Positions 1-12,110 of a stretch of 64,000 nt of DNA are shown here, piece after piece. Source of the DNA: Okamejei kenojei (lineage: Eukaryota). The stretch is taken from assembly GCA_035221665.1 (NCBI GenBank), contig CM069155.1:23932001-23996000 (forward strand), read 5' to 3'. The notes beneath the pieces are model-generated. The model searched no databases. It was not told the DNA's origin and saw nothing but the letters and a program-made list of their open reading frames with translations. Position numbers and translations under genes: made by a program. Position 1 is the first letter of the stretch. Each line of letters opens with the position of its first letter.

Positions 1-312
1 GGACATCTGCAATCATTTTCCTTTAAATCTTAAATCAGACTAGAATCACAGGCGAACATTGCGATAACTAGGTCAAGACCTCCATGTTTCTGAAGGGTGG
101 GGCTGTAGGAGTTCCCCGCATTTCTCAACGCATGGAATGCACATTCAGGAGACCCAGCATTATGGGGCAGGGGATGCGTTCCTGCAAAGCCGTCCTTGGC
201 GCGACTCTCCATAACTTAAAGCCCCATCGTCTGCGCAAGAGTCAAAGAACGTGAAAAGAAATACATTTAGTCTTCATTTATTTTCTTCTTTTTCCATATA
301 AATTCCATGAGA

Positions 313-426
313 ATGAACAAACGTGAAGAAAGTCTGAAGAAGGGTCTCGACCCGAAACGTCACACATTCCTTCTCGCCAGAGATGCTGCCTCACCCGCTG
401 AGTTACTCCAGCATTTTCTGTCTATC
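313..426 (+). mobile_element. Short Penelope-like element (pLTR-derived) carrying a hammerhead motif
   Basis: Family sequence CTGAAGAAGGGTCTCGACCCGAAACGTCAC...GAGATGCTGCC..CCCGCTGAGTTACTCCAGCATTTT; flanked by a 10-bp direct repeat TTCCATGAGA (303-312, 427-436). Confidence 0.85.
331..364 (+). ncRNA. Minimal type I hammerhead ribozyme motif (best-preserved copy); predicted cleavage after C361
   Basis: AGT-CTGAAGA(334-340)-A-GGGT-CTCG-ACCC-GAAA(354-357)-C-GTC(359-361)-ACA: intact core boxes, helix II, GT/AC helix I base and palindromic ACGT in place of helix III. Confidence 0.75.
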
Positions 427-453
427 TTCCATGAGAGCAAGTTTTATTCCATA

Positions 454-481
454 CTAGACCAAGTGGGACCCGTTGGGTCCC
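454..481 (-). mobile_element. Helitron-like 3' terminus; the element probably extends rightwards into the GC-rich 480-1100 segment
   Basis: - strand reads GGGACCC-AAC-GGGTCCC hairpin, 7-nt spacer, then CTAG followed by T, the canonical Helitron end arrangement. Confidence 0.55.
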
Positions 482-1107
482 GTCCCCTCAACGCGCGGCT
501 GCGGGGGGTGTAGGGTGGCCTGCGGCATCACACGCACTAACCACCCCCCACAACCAGGGGCCGCGGCACCGGGGGGACTGGGGGGGGGGGGCTGCAGCCC
601 CTCCACTTTTTTGGCAAGACATGCTTCATAACCCGAAATTATCCGGCCCGCAGGCGTATTTTTCTCTTCTTCTGAGGACCTCCGACATCCAGAATCTCAG
701 AACAAGCGCACAGTGAGCGCGGCAAAACCAAAGATCATAGGAGCTCCGCTCTTTGATCTTTGGGTAAAACCATGATCAGCCGTGGCGGAAACCGACTGCC
801 CCCCCCCCCCCGAAAAAAACCATCCCTCCTCTCCGCTCAACGGGCAATCACGGTGCGGTTGGGATATGGGGCAGTGAACAAAGTGGTGGGAGGGAGGGAG
901 GGAGGGAGGATGGGCCCCGTGGGTCCAGAGAGTGAGAGAGAGTCGGCCCCGAGAGGGAGGGAGAGAGAAGGGGGATATATCCACCCATGCTGAGTTGGGG
1001 GATGGCCTGTATTATCCCCCAGTTATTGGAGGTCGAGTTAATAATATGCCACCCTCGCCGCACTAGGTCGCTCCCCTTCCTCACCAGGTATCCCCGGGTG
1101 ATCAGTG

Positions 1108-1243
1108 ATAAAAGGCTGGAGAAACTCAGCGGGTGCAGCAGCATCTAAGGAGCGAAGGAGATAGGCGGCCCTTCTTCAGACTGGTCGGGGATCAGGGAAA
1201 CGAGAGATATAGACGGTGATGTGGAGAGATAAAGAACAATGAA
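1108..1243 (-). mobile_element. Penelope-like pLTR fragment with the GAAA half of the hammerhead deleted
   Basis: GCTGGAGAAACTCAGCGGG...CCCTTCTTCAGACTG, then the GGGAAACGAGAGATATAGACGGTGAT block shared with 2035-2250. Confidence 0.7.
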
Positions 1244-1264
1244 ACAATGTATGGGGTCCCTTAC

Positions 1265-1327
1265 AGCTGCCGTAGGCACACAAAATTTCCATCGTTAAAA
1301 TAGTCCCTTCTTCATCCAACCAATGCT
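1265..1327 (-). other. Candidate internal exon of the - strand transcription unit
   Basis: TTACTTTTCAAAG acceptor, GTAAGG donor, 63 nt, non-repetitive. Confidence 0.35.
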
Positions 1328-1444
1328 CTTTGAAAAGTAAATCAGAATTAACATGGAGTAACAATTCCCATGCATTTGTTAAATGTGTTTGTCATGAACC
1401 AGAAGTCCCTGTGAATTGGCACCCAGTACAACATAATCACCAAC

Positions 1445-1490
1445 CTTCACTTGTGCCTGCTTGCAAACTGTACAACATCCTTGTGAAACA
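1445..1490 (-). other. Candidate internal exon
   Basis: CCTTATTCTGCAG acceptor, AAG|GTTGGT donor, 46 nt. Confidence 0.3.
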
Positions 1491-2034
1491 CTGCAGAATA
1501 AGGACGGCTCATTGAAGTTCTACAATATTGGTCAGTACACACTAGTTGCTATACACAGACAAGCATATGTCCAGAAATATTTTTTTTAATTTATTGAGAT
1601 TCTTCCCAACTGATTTTGCTTTAGATCAGAGATTTAAAGCCACTGCCTAAAAAACTAGAATTCATACCACCAGGTTTACAATTTATGTTATCATAGATAA
1701 TATCAGATTTACAGAAATGTTCTTACTACAATGATATAAGAAAATTAGTACTATATATCAGAAATGCCTTTCCAATCCAACAATTTGTATGCCTATTATT
1801 GGCAATTTGTCTTGAAGCATTAACAGCTTCTTCTACAAGACTTCTACGAGAATTGCCGTTAGTCCCATCAGTCCCTGGTAGCAGAGTTGAGCTGAAACAC
1901 TGACATCTACTTCCGTCCCCCAGTTTTTGACAATATCAATGTTATGAGTCAGATGGCACAACTCAGTTAATACAAGGTTAAATATTACTTTCCTTTTAAC
2001 AAAAGAAAGGGATTCCAAATTAAAAAAAACTAAC

Positions 2035-2250
2035 GATAGACAAAAAATGTGGGAGTAACTCAGCCGGTCAGACAGCATCGCTGGAGAGAAAGAATAGGTG
2101 ACGCTTCGGGTCAAGGCCCTTTTTCAGACTGAGTGTCAAGGCAAAGGGAAACGAGAGATATAGACGGTGATATTGAGAGATATAGAACAAATGAATGAAA
2201 GATATACAAAAAAGTCACGATGATAAAGGAAACGGTCCATTGTTAGCCAA
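2035..2250 (-). mobile_element. Penelope-like pLTR fragment with degenerate hammerhead
   Basis: - strand CTGAAAAAGGGCCTTGACCCGAAGCGTCAC plus family flanks. Confidence 0.75.
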
Positions 2251-2336
2251 GGGCTAGGAGACACAAAACTGACATGCACTCAAACAATTCAGAAAGAGCA
2301 GCCACAAGCCAAACCAGCGAACAACAATTACTAAAA

Positions 2337-2427
2337 ACAGACACAAAATGCCAGAGTAACTCAGCGGGCCAGGCAGCATCTCTGGAGAGAAGGAATGGGT
2401 GATGTTTCTGGTCGAGCCAATCTTCAG
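2337..2427 (-). mobile_element. Short Penelope-like hammerhead element with 13-bp TSD
   Basis: ACAATTACTAAAA at 2324-2336 and 2428-2440, with family sequence between. Confidence 0.85.
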
Positions 2428-3023
2428 ACAATTACTAAAAGCTTGTTTTTAATATCAAAGCTTCAGAAGTTAGCCACATTTTATTCAGACAAGATTGATG
2501 CAGTGAGTATCAGCTCCTAATTCAAATCAGTGCTTTCCCATTTTTCCAACATGTGGAATTGGAATTCTTCAACGCAGCGTTCAGCTCAGCAGCAACTCGT
2601 TCAACCGATCACATCAGACCCGGCTCCATTCTTCAGCACAATTTACTGCACACATCCACTGTACTCAATTCGAGACGCTATATATGTTGTCAGCTTGTAC
2701 ATTATCGCAGCAAAATCATGGACTTCTTTAGTTCCTTATGGTGAAAGTTTGCCAGTACCTTCATCAGGAAAGGGAGAGAAAACTCAACCTGATCAAACTC
2801 TGATCAGACTGCCGTAAAATGTCCACAGCAATTCCAATGTATCCAAAACTTGAAGAATAACAATGATTATCAGAAATAAACTTTTAAATTATCCACCATG
2901 AAAAGGTAAACGCGTCGTACCAAAACAATTAGTGATGACATTTAGCTGGAGATACGTTCAACTTTGTTGAACTCTATGCCAATGGTAGATATGAAGCTCG
3001 ACCTGAAAGGTTAACTGCTCAAT

Positions 3024-3159
3024 GATAGACACAAAATGCTGGAGTAACTCAGCGGGACAGGCAGCATCATTGGAGAGAAGGAATGAGTGACATTTCGGGT
3101 CGAGACCCTTCTTCAGACTGATGTCGATTTACGCCAGCATCTGCAGTTCCTTCCTACAC
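3024..3159. mobile_element. Penelope-like element (inverted arm plus 3' tail) nested in an older family copy
   Basis: Antisense arm 3024-3120, sense tail GCCAGCATCTGCAGTTCCTTCCTACAC; imperfect TSD AGGTTAACTGCTCA / AGGTTACCTGATCA. Confidence 0.8.
3086..3119 (-). ncRNA. Minimal hammerhead ribozyme motif
   Basis: - strand AGT-CTGAAGA-A-GGGTCTCGACCC-GAAA-T-GTC-ACT; helix I AGT/ACT perfect; helix III ATGT (CpG decay of ACGT). Confidence 0.65.
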
Positions 3160-4587
3160 AGGTTACCTGATCACCTTACCACAGATGCTGCCTGACCAGC
3201 CGAGTATTCTATTTTTTATTTTAGGTACAAATTTTTCGTCACTTGGTACGTTTATATGATGGGAGCTAAAATGTTCTCAAAAACATTTGTGGACTGTTGA
3301 ATCGAGGAACTGGAGCCGTAGAAAGTTGCTGCATTTTCCAATTCCATTCACAAAACTAACAAGGTACTATTGGAACGATAGCCAAATTCTACTTTTGTTC
3401 ATTCTGAAGACTTGGCACAAAGTCTGACACCCAAGGACCAAACAAACCTACGTTGTATTATTGTGCCCAGCAGCAGTGTTGTAATCTTAATGCATGATTG
3501 TTTTAGTTTATTATTAAATTTTTTTATAAAAAGACTGCATCAAATAGCATTTCCCACACAAAAATAAAATTATATTTATGATTACACTTTAAAGGTCTGC
3601 TGTAAAGGCGATTCATGTTCCTTTCAATATCTCCAAGTTTCACCTGCACGGGAACAATGGAGACCAAAGCCCCTTAACCATCAGATAGTCTCAGAATTGT
3701 GTCGTAGCTTTATTTTAATAATTACATTTTGAGGTCATTTTGCCTGCCGCACTTACAGCAAAGCTATTTCCCAGTGACAATGGCTGATGCTAACACGCAC
3801 GTGCTGGGTCTCAGCGTTCTACCTCCCTCATGGTTTATTCAATAACTTAGCAATTGTCAGGGTCATTTCCTACTGTTCCAAAAAGCAAACTCCACACTTT
3901 TCAAGAGATAGCTATCTATAAAATTACTTCAGTTATAGGATTATATTATTGTCATCCATAGGATCACTGCACCTCTATTGTTATAGGCAATCTATATGCA
4001 TCCATTACTTTGAAAGGCAACTGGAAGCAAGGTTGCAATTCTCAAATGCAAGAAATGTATTTCAATCACTGATCTAATGCAGAATTTATGGATGAATGTT
4101 AGTTCTAATGTAAAATTGCTCCAAGTTACACTTAAGATCCTATTTAATTCAAATGATGGAGTATTTCATGGTGTCAGCCCTGTTGTGGTGACGTGCCTGC
4201 TGTAGACAACCCACTGATATACTTTACTGGAACCGTAATGGATGAAAGGCAAAGTGCAAGGATTTTACATACCGCATTATATATTTCACTGATATCACAG
4301 CAGCGTCGCCCAGATAGCAAATGTAAGTCGCTGCCGTTCCAAGCAGGATTCAAAACAAACTTGTGGAGAGAAACCAAGTTTCGGATCACTGACCTTTCAT
4401 CTGAATGAATGAATTAATAAGTTTGAATGAATTGAATAAGAACTATTCAAACTAACCCATAACCTTCGGTTGAGGGTTATTATCGTCACGTGTACCAAGG
4501 TACAGTGAAAGGCTTTGCTTTGCATGCCAGCCAAACAGATCAGATAATGCTGGACATAAATACAACCAAGCCAAACGCTAGTACAAT

Positions 4588-4683
4588 AGATAGACACAAC
4601 ATTGCTGGAGTAACTCAGTGGGGCAGGTGGTATCTCCGGAGAGAAGGAATGGGTGATGTTTCGGGTCGAGACCCTTCCTCAGG
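4588..4683 (-). mobile_element. Penelope-like element with hammerhead motif (4651-4683)
   Basis: - strand CTGAGGAAGGGTCTCGACCCGAAACATCACCC. Confidence 0.75.
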
Positions 4684-5409
4684 TAAATAATACGCAGGAT
4701 GAAGTGGTAGATACAGAGTGCACAATTTAGTTATCAGCATTGTAGTGCATCAGCGCCATAGACAAGTTAAAGACAAAGTGCTGGGGGAAATCAGTGGGTC
4801 TGGCATCATGTGTGAAGGGAATGGACAGACGGCGTTTCGGGTTGGGACCCTTCTTCTGTTTCTCTCTCTTACTCTAGACTTTGCGTGTAAGCCACTAAGT
4901 AATTCCAGCCTTTGCTTCAGATTGCCACTATCTGAGTATTTTGCTTTTAGGGGTGAATGTTATTAAAAGAGTCTCCAGTTATCAACAGTAAAATGTATGT
5001 AGCTGGCTAAAAAGTAGCTTTGCACATAGTTGCTTCATACATATGCAGAGCTGGGGGAGGGTAGTTGGGTAAGTGCATGCCATAACTGACAAGCATTGTA
5101 TAGCTTGTCAACTGATCCTTCGTGTGGAATGAGGCACATGGATGCCTCACACAAATTAATCAGGTGTATGGTCAGACCTTGCGTTTGCTACAGCTGCTTG
5201 AGAGAGTGACACGGGCTAAAGAATCCAGAGTATAAATGTGAGCCAGGGAGTCAGAAGGTGAGGGGGAGGAGAGGGGTTTAATGATTGAGTCGAGTAAGAG
5301 CTGGCAGAATATGGTCTGCCAAATGCAGGATGTGGCCTGGGGAAGGGGAGGGGGTGGCAGAAGAAGAAACAACCTTGGCTTTCATCCGCTTTGCAAAATG
5401 TATCGGGTA

Positions 5410-5690
5410 TCATGGCCGTGCACAGCACCAGATTGAGCTCAATCCCGACCTCGGGTGCTGCCTGCGTGGAGTTTGCACGATCTCCACGTGATAGTGTGGG
5501 TGAATGGTTTCAAACCACATCCCAAGATGTGCCGGTGGGTTAGTTGGCCACTGTAAATGACCATTCATTGTGGGGAGGTGGTAAAAGAATGGATGAGGAG
5601 TTGACAAGGAACTGAGATGCAGGGTTACAGGGCCAGCTAACAGGGAGGTGGGGGGGGGGGGGGAGAAATGGGACAGATGGGTCTGTCATG
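5410..5690 (+). mobile_element. Degenerate HE1/V-SINE-type tRNA SINE
   Basis: CCCGACCTCGGGTGCTGCCTGCGTGGAGTTTGCACG V-domain-like core. Confidence 0.65.
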
Positions 5691-7867
5691 TCATTGAGTT
5701 TATCGTTGAATACACAAGTACAGTGAAGAACAGGTACATTTAATATGTAAACCAGCATCTGCAGTTCTTTCCTACACAATTAAAATCTTGCTCTATTGGG
5801 AGCCAGCAAGGTACAAGATAGATTGAAATGGCTTCCTTCTATGTTGCAGTTCGCATGGTACAACCCAATGTTTGGCCTGCAGAGTATTAAAGTATTCACG
5901 GTTAAATTCCACTCTTGTCAAAAACTCGGAAATTTAGTATCAGTAGCCTGTCCAAGTGTCAGGCACCTGATATGCTTCACACGACGCAAACTCTTGGCTT
6001 CACTGCATCTGGAGTCATCCGAATTCCGGACACCAATGTCACGCCAGCAGAGGAGAGGGGCGTGCTGTGAACCGAGGAGAATGGAGATGAGGTGCAGGAT
6101 CAGCCACAACCTCACTGAAAGGTGGAGCACGCATGATGGGCCTCTATTTTGCATGTTCTAAAGTTGTCACTATGTGGCTGCACAAAACTGCACTCCATTA
6201 TCTCGGAAATCCTAACAAATCCAAGCAAGAAAAGATGGCAACAAGTCTCACTTTGTACCGGCTTGTCCTCTACACATTGAGGGATGATTTCAAGGAGTAT
6301 AAAGTGAATAAGCTGCACAAGAGTTGTCAGCACCAGTCTCCTCCACGCCTTCAATTCAGTGAGAAGCACTTATACTGGCCCGATGTGGGGCAAGGCATGC
6401 AAACCCTTTCGCCATGGAACACCTTGGACGTGGGTAAATATACACGGGTTACCTCCAGTGTTTTGGTACCAAAACTTCTGCTTCGGTCTTGATCTACATT
6501 TTGTGGTTGGAAAATGGGACAAGGATCTGCCCTATGCCAGTGAATGAAATCAGAATATTGCAACTGAGCTCTTTGTTTATTTGCAATGCAAAGGTGTCAT
6601 AGATTGTACAAATTATAAAAATATACCAGGAATAGAGCGAAGCTCCAGTTACTACACAGGCAAACATCCAGGTACAGTGTGAGCTGGTCACTGATGTAGG
6701 TCGATTTCACACCAGCAAACCGCAATTCCTTTAATCCCCATCACTTCAACACGAGGCAAAAGATGGCAGGGGTAAAGACTGCAATTCTCTTTATTATTCC
6801 CCTTTACTGTATTTCCCAAGGTTAAAGAGTGGTCTGGTTTTACCAGCGGTGCCTTGCCCTTAGCACCACACATCAATGGTCAAAAGCTACAAACTGTTCG
6901 CTGAGGTCTCACTGCGCAACAAACAACAGGGATGGATGAGATATAACAACTGTTTCAAAAAATCCTCCCTAACTATTACAGACTACAATGCAAAGATTGG
7001 GTTATTCTCTCCCATTTCTTCAAAGGCAAAAGAGACGGAAGATTCTGGAATCTGGAACCAGGAGACCAGAAAGCTAGAACTCAGTGGGTCAGCTGACGTC
7101 CTGATGTTGGGTGTGAATTGAAAACATTAACTGGCACCTTTTGCCTTCCCTGGTGCAGCCTGACCTCAGAGTTCCTCCAGCTCCCTGTTCCTGGTCCTCT
7201 GAACCCCACTTCCAGCTGTGGGCTGCGAGCTGCAGTCAGTGCTTCGAGCTGTGAACATGTCGAACGTGAAAAATACAGCTCTGTCAAACTAACGATGTTT
7301 AAATGGTATTATTAAATTTTACTAAGCAAACAGAGATAGGAGATCTTTGGGACTTGACATCGTTGCACAGTTGTTACATGTCATGATTAAACTATATGCA
7401 TCTTCACTCGATGTAGAGCGATCAATTTAGAGGGCAAGACCGAAGGCTGTGTAAATAATCAGGAGTAAAAACGTACACATACTAAATAGTCGGGAATTTC
7501 TGAGTTTTTGACAAGGGTGGAATTTAACCATGAATCATCCAGTGTGATACCCTGAAAAATATATGGACATTTCTGACAACCACAGTAACACCATCTGTAC
7601 ATTCAACAGTAATGCAAAACTGAATGAAAGATACACGCACTAACAATTTTAAAAAAATTAAATAATTGATTATAGAGCAACCCAGCTTCACAAGATGCAA
7701 ATTCTTCAATTTGAATACTTTTCTCAGGACTATTGTTTATAGAATCTTTTGATTAAGTTACTCTGTCAGGCTTTCATTACTTATAATCAAATAGGAACTA
7801 TTAATTAACAAGAAATGTGCACATTCACCCTACAATAAGGAAACGAGATTGCCCAGCACTTGTCTGA

Positions 7868-8069
7868 TAGGATGCAATTAATGATTTCACAATTTATACT
7901 CGACTCTTACTCAAGATAGACACAAAATACTGGAGTAACTCAGCGGGACAGGCAGCATCTCTGGAGAGAAGGAATCTCTGCCTGTCTGGCTCGCTGAGTT
8001 ACTCCAGTATTTTGTGTCTATCTTGAGTAAGAGTCGAGTATAAATTGTGAAATCATTAATTGCATCCTA
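7868..8069. repeat. Perfect 78-bp inverted repeat (7868-7945 / 7992-8069) overlapping a Penelope-like insertion (7915-8128)
   Basis: Arms checked base by base; insertion TSD ACTCTTACTCAA at 7903-7914 and 8129-8140. Confidence 0.95.
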
Positions 8070-8689
8070 CTCCAGCATTTTGTGTCTATCTCCAGTTTGA
8101 ACCAGCATCTGCAGTTCCTTCATACACTACTCTTACTCAATAAGCCCAAGAGATGAAGAATTGCCGAACCTTCACCAAGTTTCCCAATACAGGATGGCAG
8201 CAGCAGAAAAGGCAAGGTGAAAATCCAATCATTTTATTCTATAATCCCTCAACCAACACTGCAATGGGAACCAATGCTGCTTCTTGGGATTATCTGAAAA
8301 CAGCTTCGATCCAACAAACCTCATCGCTAGCTCCCTTGACTCTGTCGCTCTCTCTGAGTTGTCAGCCTAATTATCTCCCCTGAATCATTAGCATCCAGCA
8401 TCAAGGGATGTGGGGAGAAAGCAGGAACAGGGTACAGATTCTGGTTCCAAGGAGGATTTCAGTTCCAGGTTTAGGCTGGATAACAGTGACTGTTCACCTT
8501 GGGACAAGTTTGAGAAGCTTGATAGAGGTGAAAAGCCATAGCAGGCTTCTGTAATTGGACAGAAATTCTTCCTGTTAGGAAGGAGTGTGGGACACAAATC
8601 CAAAGTGATAACAGGTTCAAGTCGTGCTGTTTTAAATTTGACCGCTGGCTATGATGTGGACCTCACTAGCTGGAAGAGTGATGGAAACA

Positions 8690-8829
8690 GGCACTCAGTG
8701 CCTCACAGCATCAGAGACCCGGGTTCGATCCTGATCTTGGGTGTGTCTGTGTGGAGTTTGCACGTTCTCTCTGTGACTGTGTGGATTTCTTCCAGGTGCT
8801 CCGGTTTCCTCACATATCCAAAAGACATA
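8690..8829 (+). mobile_element. HE1/V-SINE 5' half; its 3' half resumes at ~10125-10270 after a LINE insertion
   Basis: B-box GGTTCGATCC and V-domain GTGGAGTTTGCACGTTCTC...GGTGCTCCGGTTTCCTC. Confidence 0.8.
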
Positions 8830-10106
8830 TAGAAACATAGAAAATAGGTGGAGTAGGCCATTTGGCCCTTCGAGCCTGCACCGCCATTCAATATGATCAT
8901 GGCTGATCATCCAACTCAATATCCTGAACTTGTCTTCTCTCCATACCCCCTGATCCATTTAGCCACAAGGGCCACATCTAACTCCCTCTTAAATATAGCC
9001 AATGAACTGGACTCAACTACCTTCTGTGGCAGAGAATTCCAGAGACTCACCACTCTCTGTGTGAAAAATGTTTTCCTCATCTCAGTCCTAAAGGAATTCC
9101 CCCTTATCCTTAGACTGTGACCCCTTGTTCTGGACCTCCCCAACATCGGAAACAATCTTCCTGCATCTAGCCTATCCAACCCCTTAAGAATTATGTAAGT
9201 TTCTACTAGATCCCCCCTCAGTCTTCTAAATTCTAGTGAATACAAGCCATGTCTATCCAGTCCTTCCTCATACGAAAGTCCTGACATCCCAGGAATCAGT
9301 CTGGTGAACCTTCTTTGAACCCCCTCTATGGCAAGAACGTCTTTCCTCAGATTTGGAGACCAAAACTGTACACAATACTCCAGGTGTGGTCTCACCAAAA
9401 CCCTGTATAACTGCAGTAGAACCTCCCTGCTCCTATACTCAAATCCTTTGACAATGAATACTAACATACCATTTGCTTTCTTCACTGCCTGCTGCACCTG
9501 CATGCTTACTTTCAATGATTGGTGTACCATGACACCCAGGTCTCGTTGCATCTCCCCTTTTCCTAATTTGCCACCATTCAGATAATAGTCTACCCTCCTG
9601 TTTTTGCCACCAAAGTGGATAACCTCACATTTATCCACATTATACTGCATCTGCCATGCATTTGCCCACTCACCCAGCCTATCCAAGTCACCTTGCAGCC
9701 TCCTAGCATCCTCCTCACACCTAACACTACCCCCAGCTTAGTGTCATCCGCAAACTTGGAGATGTTGCATTCAATTCCCTCGTCCAAATCATTAATATAT
9801 ATTGTAAATAGCTGGGGTCCCAGCATTGAGCCTTGCGGTACCCCACTAGTCACTGCCTGCCATTCTGAAAAGGACCCGTTTACTCCTACCCTTTGCTTCC
9901 TGTCTGCCAGCCAGTTCTCTATCCACATCAATACTGAACCCCCAATACCGTGTGATTTAAGTTTGTATACTAATCTCTTATGTGGGACCTTGTTGAAAGC
10001 CTTCTGAAAGTCTAGATATAACACACCCACTGGTTCTCTAGTTACATCCTCGAAAAATTCTATAAGATTCGTCAGACATGATTTACCTTTCGTAAATCCA
10101 TGCTGA
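8830..10106 (-). mobile_element. 5'-truncated CR1-clade (HER1-like) LINE with frameshifted reverse transcriptase ORF2 remnant
   Basis: ORFs 9590-10123 ([36 protein letters not shown]) and 8916-9686 (RPHLEYCVQFWSP, RTRGHSL); (TTTCTATG)n tail at the left end. Confidence 0.95.
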
Positions 10107-10510
10107 CATCCATTCAGACCCATCCATGTGGGCTTGAAGATTGACTGGCCGTCTGTAAATTGCTAAGTGTAGGGAGTGGATGAGAAAGTGAGATAATATA
10201 GAAGTCATGTGATCAGTGGTCAGAGTGGACTGAAGGGCCTGTTTCCATGCTGCATATCAAAAACTCCAAACACCGCTTTCAAGCAGCAACTGGAGATGCA
10301 TTTGAAGGAAAATAGCTCTTAGGGATCTGGGCAAAGAGCAGAGGCATGGGACTAACAGGAAGGTTCCACAGGGCCAGCAGCAACTCGCTGGACTCACTGG
10401 TCTCCTCTGGGTGAAACTGTGATTGCATGGAGGAAAATTGATTTGACATTTTTGAAATAAATTTTCAAAGTGGATGATTATGTATCCATGAGGGGCATAT
10501 AATTCCTCAC

Positions 10511-10561
10511 TGCAGCAGAAATATCCAGTGGCTACATGCCAATGGAACACAATCTACCCTT
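10511..10561 (-). other. Candidate internal exon
   Basis: TTTAAATTTAACAG acceptor, GTGAGG donor, 51 nt. Confidence 0.35.
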
Positions 10562-10789
10562 CTGTTAAATTTAAATAAAGTTTTTGCTATAAGGAAAATA
10601 ATGACAGGATTGACAAATAAATCCCAGAGTAATCTTCTCCCTGTGGCATTTATTACAAGCAGAAATTTTAACTTCAGTTTAAATTTCAGGTAAACGTAAA
10701 AATTGCCAGTCTTGCACCTAATGCAATTTGACCCCTCAGCCCTGCCCCACATCCATTCAAGCTGACCCACGCTGGCACCTGATCCACCA

Positions 10790-11215
10790 TCCTACGAGGA
10801 TGATGTCAGGACTCGAGGGAACCTGAGCTTTAGGGAGAGGGTCGACAGGCCAGGACTTTATTCCTTGGAGCGCAGGAGGATGAGGGGTGATTGTATAGAG
10901 GTGTATAAAATTATGAGGGGAATAGATAGGGTGAATGCACAAAATCTTTTTCCCCAGAGTAGAGGACCGAGGGGTCTTTTTTTTGCCACACAGAAGGTGA
11001 TGGGTACATGGAACAAGCTGCCAGAAGGGGTCGTTGAGGTAGCAACATTTTAACAGCATTTAAGACATTTAGACGGGTACATGGATAGGAAAGGTTTGAG
11101 GGATACGGGCCAAATGTAGATAAATTGGACCATCTTAGATGGGGGCATCTTGGTCAGTATGAACATGTTGGGCTGAAGGGCCCCATTTCTATTCTGCATG
11201 ATTCTATGACTCTGC
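10790..11215 (+). mobile_element. CR1 LINE 3' fragment
   Basis: ERRRMRGDxIEVYKIMRGIDRV motif and CR1 3' UTR. Confidence 0.85.
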
Positions 11216-12004
11216 CTTAAACTGTAAATCTTTTTTTTTCTCTTTCGATTGTTACAACCCTGTTCCCTGGCTCGGTATCTGCAACCTCTCTCACCAGATC
11301 TCCCCATGCTTTCCTGCTGCACCGCCCTTCAGCCCACCACTGGGAACATTGTAAACCTCTCCCTAAACCCACTGGCCCTCCCCACTTCTCCAACCTCTCT
11401 CCAGCCGATCCGTTAGACTCACTCTTTGCTTCTTACATCTGTTTTCCCCACATCGCTGTGAAGTGCCTGGGACATTTTTCTTTCCACATTCCAAGCACTT
11501 TATCAATGCAAGTTGTTGTTTTCTGCCACAATATGTTGCCAACGCTGAATTTATTAATAAATTAACCAAAGATCGCGTGTGTGTTTTAACATTTAAATTG
11601 CAGCACCTTTTCCACAGGAAGGAAGGAAGGACACCATCAATCTTTTGGTCTGAAAGCAGTGAAGTTCATTGAAAGCTCCCCATTCTTGACTAATTTTTAA
11701 CGCTGCATCGTAAATTTAAGCTCGGCATCTCGTCGCTCCCAAGAGCCACTTTTCAATAACAGGGTCTGAACCTGAATACTGAACAACCAGCCATTTCCAA
11801 ACACAGTAAACATGCCAAACCTCTTCCAACAGCTGATCTCTATTAACCACGTCACACTAACCTTCTGATCTTCACCCTTTGGAACACCTTTTCTTGTTTT
11901 ATTTTCTTTCTTTTTTTTTGAAACAGCATTTAGTAGGCAAAATGCCAAGAGTCACGATGCTTGAAACATGTAAATTATGCCAGGAATTTTAAACGACTCT
12001 CACT

Positions 12005-12110
12005 AATCACTAGGAGAAGGGGGTTGAGAGGGAAAATAGATCAGCCACGATTGAATGGCAGAGTAGACTCAATGGGCCGAATGGCCTAATTCTGCTCCTA
12101 TGACTGATGA
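12005..12110 (+). mobile_element. CR1 3' tail fragment
   Basis: GATCAGCCACGATTGAATGGCAGAGTAGACTCAATGGGCCGAATGGCCTAATTCTGCTCCTATG. Confidence 0.75.

Noticed and set aside
1381-1520. Possible intronic H/ACA snoRNA (ACATTT near an acceptor)
   Set aside because: No convincing H box or two-hairpin fold; the segment is better explained as a small exon.
2759-4400. In-frame TGA codons in candidate exons suggesting a selenoprotein
   Set aside because: No similarity to known selenoprotein families and no SECIS identified.
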